This document shows positions 24,847 to 32,000 of a stretch of 32,000 bases of DNA, in pieces (positions within the stretch are counted from its first letter, which is position 1; each line of letters begins with the position of its first letter). The DNA comes from Candidatus Syntropharchaeum caldarium. Lineage in GTDB: Archaea > Halobacteriota > Syntropharchaeia > Syntropharchaeales > Syntropharchaeaceae. Position numbers and translations under genes: made by a program. The stretch spans positions 120,001 through 152,000 of the forward strand of contig LYOS01000001.1 of the NCBI GenBank assembly GCA_001766815.1. Reading direction: 5' to 3'. Below the pieces are notes generated by a model. That model worked only from the letters and a program-made list of their open reading frames with translations. It was not told where the DNA came from and did no database searches.

Positions 24847-25719
24847 AATAAGAAATGGTGAAATGTGTGAGGCGATTGATAGCGGTATTTTTAATCTCGT
24901 TATTTATATTCCCGTTGGTATCTGCAGATCTCAGAAAGGATCTCACAGATAACCTCCCTCTAAGTGTAAGATCTCCTTCTGGTACTGAGACCCTGATCTG
25001 CGGTTACCTGTTTGAGAGGGGATCTACAGGCAGTGTAAGGATCACAAACCTCAACACCAGTTTAAGCTGGGATGCAAGGCTACTTGAGTCAGAGCCAGAC
25101 TTCTACTACCTCTATCTCGATGAAATTGAGCTTAAAGCAGGAGATATGCTCAGGCTCAACGCAACCTCAGGTGATGAATCGGTCGTATTAATTCATACCG
25201 TAAACCAGAGTGAGATCGATGAGCATCTGGTGTGGCTTGATATCATCGAGGATCTTGCGATAACAGAGATCACAATACCAAACAGAATTACAAAAGATAT
25301 CAACACCACTATCCACGCCGTAATTGAGAATATTGGACTGATACCAGTCGTTGTACCCTTCAATATTACATTCAGCGTTGATGGAGAACTCATAACTACT
25401 ACCTCTTTTACAGAAGTTCCTTTAAACGCCAGTGAGAACTTTACCGTAGAATTTTATTGGACTCCTCTGGAATCCGGGATACACAACATCACAATCACTG
25501 TGGATCCGAATCATGAAATTATATCAGAGACGAATGAATCGAATAATCGAATGAAGAAAAGCGTGTCTGTTGCTGAACTACCTTCGTTTTATGTGCCACT
25601 GGACTTTCCCACGATTCAAGATGCGGTGGATAATGTAACAATTAACGGAACCACGATTTATGTCGCAAGCGGCACGTATAACGAGAATATAATGATTCAA
25701 AAGCAGATCACACTTCTGG
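24601..25719 (+). repeat. copy 1 of an exact 1119-bp direct repeat (period 6281 bp)
   Basis: Compared line by line with 30882-32000: no mismatch was seen. It covers the dockerin of gene F, its TAG stop, the 8-nt spacer and the first 288 codons of gene G. Confidence 0.95.
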
Positions 25720-28700
25720 GAGCGGATATGAATGATACAATCATAGACGGAGGTGGGAACGATACATTAAGGCTTTTTGCGAATAATTGTGTCATCAGAG
25801 GTTTTTCGATAATTAATGGGAGCACAGGTATAAAGATCGAATCCAATGGCAATAAAATCTTTGAAAATTGGATTTATAACAACTCCTGCGGCGTAAATAT
25901 CACCGGATTAAATAATACCGTTTATCATAATAATCTGAATAATGTTCAGAACGGATTTGATACCGGTAATAGTTCGTGGGACGATGGAAGGGAAGGAAAC
26001 TACTGGAGCGATTGTACCGGCGATGATTTCGATCTCAATGGGATTGTAGACACGCCTTATGAATGCGGGTGGGTAACGGATCGATATCCTTTAGTTTCTC
26101 CATATGTACTGCACAGAGACCCGGCAATCGCGTATCTCACTGTCCCCACATCTATTTATGTGAATGAAACGAATACTATCTTTGTGGGCATTGCCAATTA
26201 CGGCACTTCAGAAGTGGCAAGCAATCTCTCACTCAAACTCGGTGGCACTATTCTGAACATGACGATTTCTCTACCATATAAGAGCATAAACGCTGTTTAT
26301 TTCTGCGTGACTCCGAACCAGATGGGGACAATAAACCTAACAGCGGAGATAGAGGCATGCAATGAAGATTCAAATAGAGCAAACAACCGGATGAGCGTGA
26401 ATGTTACGGTAATTCCTTCGCCTTTTAAGCGCCTTTACAATTTTGATAACGAAACAACTATGGCGGAATATTATAAATATCAACTTCCTGAAAGCAGAAC
26501 GAATGCTCTGGATTACTTAGCAATGCAGCAGAATTCTGACGGCGGCATCGGTCAGGGTGGCTATTCGACAGATCTGGCTATTATAGCGGTATCATCTGCT
26601 GGAGAGAATCCGCAGGAGTTTGCGAGACTGAATTCGTCGCTTACAGATTATTTAAAAGCGCATCCGCCTCAGCATGACCTGACTTTAATATCTCGCTATG
26701 TGCTTGCGATTATCGCTTCTGGTGAGAATCCGCGTGATTTTGGTGGTAAAAACTATCTTGCGATGATTCAATCATTCTTCGATGGAGAACAGTTTGGAAT
26801 TGAGAAGAATATCGTGGATGATGCGTGGGCTGTGCTTGCACTTACCGGAGCAGGATATGGCAATGACACAGAAATTATGCGAACTGAAAGGAATTATATT
26901 CTCAGGTGTCAGAATGAGAGTGATGGCGGATGGCCGTATTTTGAGAATGGAACGAGCTCAATCGATGTAACTGCGATAGCATTAGAAGCTCTGGTTGCTT
27001 CTGGTATAGCTGTGGATAATAGTTCGATACAGAATGGCACGAAATATTTGGAAAAAAATCTTGTGAAGAATCAATGGGAAGAGGGGATGGGGCAGACAGA
27101 CCCACTGCCAGAATCCAATCTGAAAAATTATGCTCATTCAGTCCAGGCAATCGTTGCTGTTGGAGGGAATCCGATAGATGGAAGCTGGGATTATTCGCAG
27201 AGTGCAGCTACATACTACGGGATTGAAAACCCATACAACCCGCTACTTCTGCTCTTGGGACTCGAAGAGAAGTCGGGCGATTTTGAAGGTGGATTCGCGT
27301 TCACATTTAAAGATTCTTATCCCGAACCTAAATGGACATCAATGGCACTCCCCTCGCTGTTCGCAAAGCCATATCCTTCGATGTGCACGTATAGCCGGGT
27401 GCTATCAGACATAAAGCCCATTCATATAGGGACACGGGCTTGCTACACCAATGTTACAAATATTATCAATGCAACAATCAAGAACAACGGCGGGATATTC
27501 AACGTGAGTCTTCTTGTGGATGGTGCCGAGGTTGACCGCGCGAGAATTGTGGAGACGAATTCAACTGCATTATCGCGGGTGGAATTCAGATGGCTGCCAG
27601 AGAAAGAAGGGGAATATAACCTCACCGTTGTGGCAGATTCTGAGAATTCAATAGAAGAGAATAATGAGAGCAATAACTGCATCGGCCGCGTGGTCACTGT
27701 GACGAAGCCAGACCTGCACCCCAGGACAGAACTGCCAGCATTCTATGTCAATGTGACAAACAGAATAGAAACAGAAGTTTTAGGATACGGCGAGGGATTC
27801 AACGTATCGCTTCTTATAAATGGAAGCGTTGTAGATAAAGCCGAGAATATCAGCTCTTATGGCTTTAATAAAACAACGTTATACTGGAAGCCAAACCAAA
27901 CGGGTAACTACACTCTTAGACTCATCGCTGATTCGGAAAACGATGTATTTGAATCCGATGAGAAGAATAACACCATAGAAGAGAATGTCAGTGTAATACT
28001 GCCCGACCTATATCCTCAGAATATAAGCACTATGATACTGTACACCGATACCGAGAACATCATAGATGTCAGCATCAACGGCTCAGCAGAAGGATTTAAC
28101 GCGACTTTATTTGCAAACGGAACGATTGCAGATAAAATCGAGAACATTTCATCTTATAACGTGGCGAATATCAGTTTTTCGTGGAACCCCCTGCTGGCAG
28201 GTGTTTACAACCTCACAGTGATGGTAGATGCTGATGATGAGATAGAAGAGACGAACGAAACGAACAACAATCTGAGTCGTATTGTAACCGTAGAGAATCG
28301 AGAAGCGCCATACATAAAACTACTCGCTCCGATAGGTGGTGAATGCTGGAGCGGTGTGCAGACGATAAAGTGGAGTGCAACCGACCCGAACGGCGATGAA
28401 CTAATAATAAACATCAGCTACAGCCCGGATGCAGGAATAATGTGGCATCCAATTGCAAGCAATCTTGAGAACACAGGCTATTATAATTGGAGCACCGAGT
28501 ACATGCTGGATGGATATGATTATAAGGTAAAAGTAGAAGCATTTGATGGGAATTCTACCTCAGTGGATATCTCAAAAGATGTATTCACAATCTACAACAG
28601 GAGATCGTATGAGGGGGCACCAAGCTTCCATTATAATGCGGGTTTCTCACTCTCGGAAGCGCCGAATACGAATAAAACTGCGTGGATAACCGAAGATATT

Positions 28701-31127
28701 GGTGCATGCCCTTCCACTTCTCTTATTGTTGCCGATGGTAAGGTCTTTGTCTACTGCTATGACAGTGTGAAGGCACTGGACGAATTAAATGGCAGCACAG
28801 ACCTAAATGGCAGCACAAAACCCATCTGGAGCACATCCATAGATAAGGCTGTTTATGGCTCGTGGGCGACTGCGGCATACTACGACGGATCGGTATTCAT
28901 AGCTTCAGGAAATCATGTTTACCGAATTAGTGCTAAAGATGGAAAGATAGAATGGAGGTTCCAATTCCCTGATGGGGGGTGCAGTGTGAATAGTGGTCCG
29001 TGTGTTGCATACGGAAATGTATATGTGGGTTCATGGAACGGGGGGCACTATTACTGCTTGAATGACTCAACTGGAGAAATAAAATGGCAATTTCCTCCAA
29101 AAGGTGAAAAGAAACTGGATCACGCACAATCAACACCAGCAGCACATAACGGAATGGTCTTCTTCGGTGATTTTACAGGCGGACCGAAATCAAAGGTTTT
29201 TGCCGTTGATGGACTTACAGGTGAAGAGATATGGAATCAAACAGTTTCGTGGAGTGTCTGCGGCTCCGTTACGATTGCGCACAATAAGGTATACCTCATG
29301 ACATATAATTTCTATGGTTCAGGAGAGTTTTATGCACTCAATGAAAATAACGGAAGCATTGTCTGGCAACATACGATTGCAAGGTCCGATTCTACACCGG
29401 CGCATGCGTATGGAAACATCTATGTCTGTGGTGGATGCCCAGGTTATGAGCGGTGTAGAACATACTGTCTGAATGATGCAGACGGAGGAAACGAGACCTG
29501 GAATGTGCCTGATTGGGGGATATGGACATATTCACCGATGGTTGCAGATAAGAAAGTATTTATTGGTAAAGCAGAGGGACCGGGGATGGACAGTATGCTC
29601 CCAGCAGGGATGTCTGCTCGTAATGCCTTTACCGGAGAAGAGATATGGCGTTCAGATCTCGGCGGTGGTTCACCCGCGATTGTGCATGGGAGGGTATATA
29701 CCGTGGGGGGTGTTAATGCAACGGGCAGAGTTATCTGTTTCGGCTCTACAAACCAACCAGACCTCGAACTGAGTAATCTCACTACGGTTCCAAAGTCAGA
29801 TATCTATGTCGGTCAAAATGTTTCAATCAATGTGACACTCAGAAATATTGGCTCTGGTAACGCTTCTGCATTTAACGTTTCTTTACGAGTTAATGGTGAG
29901 ATAGAAGCGGAAAAAAGAATTGATGATGGACTTAATGTAAACGTTAGCATGCCTGTGAATTTCTCGTGGACTCCAGTAGAAGCTGGGGAGTATCTTATCA
30001 TCGTTGAAGCGGATTCGGATGATGAGATTGCTGAAACCGACGAGCTTAACAATACGTTGAGTGCGACCGTGGACGTGGTTGAAGCAGCAGGACCAAGTGT
30101 TACGGTTGATAGCCGTGATGTATCCCCTGGTGAGACGTTCACGATCAGTATAACCGTCGATCCGCAGGGTGAGGAGATTTACGGAGCACAGTATGACCTT
30201 TACTTTGATCCAGCAATCTTGCAGGTTGTGAGCCAGACCGCGGGCGACTTCCTGACACAGGACGGTGCAAGCTCAATCGAAGTCGTGAACACGATCAACA
30301 ACACCCTTGGAAAGCTTGAGTACGGTGAGACACGGATGGGAGTGGAGAATGGCGTGACTCGGGCAGGCGTTCTCGCCACGATCGAATTCGAGGCTGTTGG
30401 AACCGGGTCAACCGGTCTCACGCTATCAAACGTGCTCTTAAGCGATCCAAGTGCACATGAGATTGGAGGAGTCGTGCTGAACGATGGAGCGGTCAACGTA
30501 GCAGGGACGCCACCGCCGCCACCACCAGGTGGTGCGATCGTAACGATCCCTGACGTTGGAGCAACAGGAACGCTCACAGTCCCGATCAGAATCGAGAACG
30601 TGACAGACGCAGGCGCAATCCATCTGACACTCACCTATGACCCTCGTGTTGTCATCGTATCAACTGCGTGCTGCAACTCAGACTTTGACACACTCTTTGC
30701 AAACATCGAGGATGCAGCAAGAGGATCTATTACCATCATCGCATACCAGACCCAAAACCCAGGTCTGAACGGCAATGTGCTCGTTGCAGACGTGACTTTC
30801 ATGGCACTCGGCCCCATCGGATCATCGAGCACCCTTAACCTAGAGGTCACAACACTCACCGACGCAACACCAGAGTGCAACCCGATCCCCTACTCAGTCA
30901 GCAATGGAAGCTTCACGGTATTCTTAAACGGCGACGTGAACGGTGATGGCAGGGTCGATGCTGCAGACTGCATGTACCTTGCAAAACACCTGCTCGGGGT
31001 CTCAGGTTTTGAGACGATCGTTGAGGTTGCAGCAGATGTCAATGGTAACGGCGAGATCGAGGCATCAGACTGCATGTACCTTGCAAAGCATCTTGCAGGG
31101 ATTGACGGATTTGAGGAGTTGAAGTAG
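24855..31127 (+). CDS. giant (2090 aa) secreted multidomain protein: CARDB x7, NosD-like beta-helix, prenyltransferase-like alpha/alpha toroid, Ig-like, PQQ-like propeller, two cohesins, dockerin (gene G)
   Basis: Signal peptide MVKCVRRLIAVFLISLFIFPLVSA. Approximate modules: CARDB units recognised by (E/D)-x-N-E-x-NN endings (ETNESNN, SNRANN, ENNESNN, SDEKNN, ETNETNN, ETDELNN); beta-helix 25580-26110 (TIYVASGTYNENI..LLGA...IIDGGG...IRGFSI.NGSTGIKIE.SNGNKIFENWIYNNSCGVNITG); toroid 26500-27370 (LDYLAMQQNSDGGIG, ILRCQNESDGGWPYF, DVTAIALEALVASG); Ig-like 28305-28600 (VQTIKWSATDPNGDELIINISYSPDAG..W); propeller 28618-29757 (GKVFVYCYDSVKALDELNG, GSVFIASGNHVYRISAKDGKIEW, GNVYVGSWNGGHYYCLNDSTGEIKW, GMVFFGDF...VFAVDGLTGEEIW, NKVYLMT...FYALNENNGSIVW, GRVYTVGG); CARDB 29757-30080; cohesin 30081-30500; poly-Pro 30510-30527; type II cohesin 30530-30925; dockerin 30930-31115. 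Confidence 0.9.
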   Translation: MVKCVRRLIAVFLISLFIFPLVSADLRKDLTDNLPLSVRSPSGTETLICGYLFERGSTGSVRITNLNTSLSWDARLLESEPDFYYLYLDEIELKAGDMLRLNATSGDESVVLIHTVNQSEIDEHLVWLDIIEDLAITEITIPNRITKDINTTIHAVIENIGLIPVVVPFNITFSVDGELITTTSFTEVPLNASENFTVEFYWTPLESGIHNITITVDPNHEIISETNESNNRMKKSVSVAELPSFYVPLDFPTIQDAVDNVTINGTTIYVASGTYNENIMIQKQITLLGADMNDTIIDGGGNDTLRLFANNCVIRGFSIINGSTGIKIESNGNKIFENWIYNNSCGVNITGLNNTVYHNNLNNVQNGFDTGNSSWDDGREGNYWSDCTGDDFDLNGIVDTPYECGWVTDRYPLVSPYVLHRDPAIAYLTVPTSIYVNETNTIFVGIANYGTSEVASNLSLKLGGTILNMTISLPYKSINAVYFCVTPNQMGTINLTAEIEACNEDSNRANNRMSVNVTVIPSPFKRLYNFDNETTMAEYYKYQLPESRTNALDYLAMQQNSDGGIGQGGYSTDLAIIAVSSAGENPQEFARLNSSLTDYLKAHPPQHDLTLISRYVLAIIASGENPRDFGGKNYLAMIQSFFDGEQFGIEKNIVDDAWAVLALTGAGYGNDTEIMRTERNYILRCQNESDGGWPYFENGTSSIDVTAIALEALVASGIAVDNSSIQNGTKYLEKNLVKNQWEEGMGQTDPLPESNLKNYAHSVQAIVAVGGNPIDGSWDYSQSAATYYGIENPYNPLLLLLGLEEKSGDFEGGFAFTFKDSYPEPKWTSMALPSLFAKPYPSMCTYSRVLSDIKPIHIGTRACYTNVTNIINATIKNNGGIFNVSLLVDGAEVDRARIVETNSTALSRVEFRWLPEKEGEYNLTVVADSENSIEENNESNNCIGRVVTVTKPDLHPRTELPAFYVNVTNRIETEVLGYGEGFNVSLLINGSVVDKAENISSYGFNKTTLYWKPNQTGNYTLRLIADSENDVFESDEKNNTIEENVSVILPDLYPQNISTMILYTDTENIIDVSINGSAEGFNATLFANGTIADKIENISSYNVANISFSWNPLLAGVYNLTVMVDADDEIEETNETNNNLSRIVTVENREAPYIKLLAPIGGECWSGVQTIKWSATDPNGDELIINISYSPDAGIMWHPIASNLENTGYYNWSTEYMLDGYDYKVKVEAFDGNSTSVDISKDVFTIYNRRSYEGAPSFHYNAGFSLSEAPNTNKTAWITEDIGACPSTSLIVADGKVFVYCYDSVKALDELNGSTDLNGSTKPIWSTSIDKAVYGSWATAAYYDGSVFIASGNHVYRISAKDGKIEWRFQFPDGGCSVNSGPCVAYGNVYVGSWNGGHYYCLNDSTGEIKWQFPPKGEKKLDHAQSTPAAHNGMVFFGDFTGGPKSKVFAVDGLTGEEIWNQTVSWSVCGSVTIAHNKVYLMTYNFYGSGEFYALNENNGSIVWQHTIARSDSTPAHAYGNIYVCGGCPGYERCRTYCLNDADGGNETWNVPDWGIWTYSPMVADKKVFIGKAEGPGMDSMLPAGMSARNAFTGEEIWRSDLGGGSPAIVHGRVYTVGGVNATGRVICFGSTNQPDLELSNLTTVPKSDIYVGQNVSINVTLRNIGSGNASAFNVSLRVNGEIEAEKRIDDGLNVNVSMPVNFSWTPVEAGEYLIIVEADSDDEIAETDELNNTLSATVDVVEAAGPSVTVDSRDVSPGETFTISITVDPQGEEIYGAQYDLYFDPAILQVVSQTAGDFLTQDGASSIEVVNTINNTLGKLEYGETRMGVENGVTRAGVLATIEFEAVGTGSTGLTLSNVLLSDPSAHEIGGVVLNDGAVNVAGTPPPPPPGGAIVTIPDVGATGTLTVPIRIENVTDAGAIHLTLTYDPRVVIVSTACCNSDFDTLFANIEDAARGSITIIAYQTQNPGLNGNVLVADVTFMALGPIGSSSTLNLEVTTLTDATPECNPIPYSVSNGSFTVFLNGDVNGDGRVDAADCMYLAKHLLGVSGFETIVEVAADVNGNGEIEASDCMYLAKHLAGIDGFEELK

Positions 31128-32000
31128 AATAAGAAATGGTGAAATGTGTGAGGCGATTGATAGCGGTATTTTTAATCTCGTTATTTATATTCCCGTTGGT
31201 ATCTGCAGATCTCAGAAAGGATCTCACAGATAACCTCCCTCTAAGTGTAAGATCTCCTTCTGGTACTGAGACCCTGATCTGCGGTTACCTGTTTGAGAGG
31301 GGATCTACAGGCAGTGTAAGGATCACAAACCTCAACACCAGTTTAAGCTGGGATGCAAGGCTACTTGAGTCAGAGCCAGACTTCTACTACCTCTATCTCG
31401 ATGAAATTGAGCTTAAAGCAGGAGATATGCTCAGGCTCAACGCAACCTCAGGTGATGAATCGGTCGTATTAATTCATACCGTAAACCAGAGTGAGATCGA
31501 TGAGCATCTGGTGTGGCTTGATATCATCGAGGATCTTGCGATAACAGAGATCACAATACCAAACAGAATTACAAAAGATATCAACACCACTATCCACGCC
31601 GTAATTGAGAATATTGGACTGATACCAGTCGTTGTACCCTTCAATATTACATTCAGCGTTGATGGAGAACTCATAACTACTACCTCTTTTACAGAAGTTC
31701 CTTTAAACGCCAGTGAGAACTTTACCGTAGAATTTTATTGGACTCCTCTGGAATCCGGGATACACAACATCACAATCACTGTGGATCCGAATCATGAAAT
31801 TATATCAGAGACGAATGAATCGAATAATCGAATGAAGAAAAGCGTGTCTGTTGCTGAACTACCTTCGTTTTATGTGCCACTGGACTTTCCCACGATTCAA
31901 GATGCGGTGGATAATGTAACAATTAACGGAACCACGATTTATGTCGCAAGCGGCACGTATAACGAGAATATAATGATTCAAAAGCAGATCACACTTCTGG
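30882..32000 (+). repeat. copy 2 of the exact direct repeat (truncated by the window end)
   Basis: Identical to 24601-25719. It covers the dockerin of gene G, the spacer and the start of gene H. The antisense track ORFs 30890..31075, 31039..31227 and 31474..31674 duplicate 24609..24794, 24758..24946 and 25193..25393 exactly. Confidence 0.95.
31136..32000 (+). CDS. 5' part of a second giant-protein gene, identical so far to gene G (gene H; runs off right edge)
   Basis: 31136-32000 is base-for-base identical to 24855-25719, and the frame is open to the window end (288 codons). It is absent from the ORF track because no stop is reached. Confidence 0.85.
   Translation, partial: MVKCVRRLIAVFLISLFIFPLVSADLRKDLTDNLPLSVRSPSGTETLICGYLFERGSTGSVRITNLNTSLSWDARLLESEPDFYYLYLDEIELKAGDMLRLNATSGDESVVLIHTVNQSEIDEHLVWLDIIEDLAITEITIPNRITKDINTTIHAVIENIGLIPVVVPFNITFSVDGELITTTSFTEVPLNASENFTVEFYWTPLESGIHNITITVDPNHEIISETNESNNRMKKSVSVAELPSFYVPLDFPTIQDAVDNVTINGTTIYVASGTYNENIMIQKQITLL

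Noticed and set aside
22300-31127. Repetitive structure considered as a possible CRISPR array or DGR variable region
   Set aside because: The repeat periods are 706, 756 and 6281 nt and lie in frame within coding modules. There are no short direct repeats with unique spacers and no cas genes. There is no reverse transcriptase or template repeat, and mismatches between copies are not adenine-specific (t/a, c/t, a/g, g/a seen), so this is not DGR-like.
5763-31127. Pyrrolysine (UAG-sense) decoding as a general feature of this genome
   Set aside because: TAG terminates at least six otherwise normal genes in the window (comA, A, B, F, G, vapC), each at the expected C-terminus such as a dockerin end. 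That frequency is too high for a genome avoiding UAG stops. No pyl genes are visible here.
15046-31127. Extracellular electron-transfer role (multiheme cytochromes) for the large secreted proteins
   Set aside because: I scanned the translations for CxxCH heme-binding motifs and found none. The nearest strings (CPCKFH, CGGCPG) do not fit.
16659-31674. Numerous 60-230 aa minus-strand ORFs inside genes A-H (e.g. 16659..17120, 20909..21598, 23931..24353, 30200..30634)
   Set aside because: They are antisense shadows of long, motif-rich plus-strand genes. The pairs with identical sequences merely reflect the nucleotide duplications.

Overview
This is an archaeal chromosome segment. The evidence is TFE, RpoP, Pcc1/Cgi121 (KEOPS), prefoldin beta, an archaeal-type SRP RNA, an intron-containing tRNA and PGF-CTERM sorting signals. 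comA (coenzyme M biosynthesis) points to a methanogen or ANME-like, Methanosarcinales-type organism. Bases 1-14.5 kb hold ordinary housekeeping genes plus one IS4/IS1634-like insertion sequence. The genes are thi4, an NrpR-domain protein, DUF357, comA, the rpoP-pcc1-pfdB operon, thpR, purL, SRP RNA, tRNA-Ser, tfe, an HD-Cgi121 fusion and a sensorless histidine kinase with a response regulator. Three short genes absent from the ORF track were found by hand: rpoP, a 52-aa HeH/SAP-like protein and a 61-aa basic protein. From 15.0 kb to the window end lies the notable part, a same-strand cluster of eight secreted modular proteins. They are built from cohesin, dockerin, PQQ-like beta-propeller, PKD and CARDB modules, a NosD-like beta-helix and a prenyltransferase-like toroid. 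One is a 2090-aa giant, and one is a cohesin-only protein with a PGF-CTERM (archaeosortase) anchor that looks like an anchoring scaffoldin. No glycoside hydrolase, protease or cytochrome module is visible, so this is a cellulosome-like assembly system of unknown function. The cluster is evolving by module duplication and gene conversion. It contains an exact 1119-bp repeat with a 6281-bp period that runs off the window, which is either a tandem giant-gene array or an assembly artefact. A vapBC pair is inserted antisense in the cluster, and a long leader with a candidate uORF and a 13-bp inverted repeat precedes it. All calls come from reading the sequence and from motif recognition; no database search was run.
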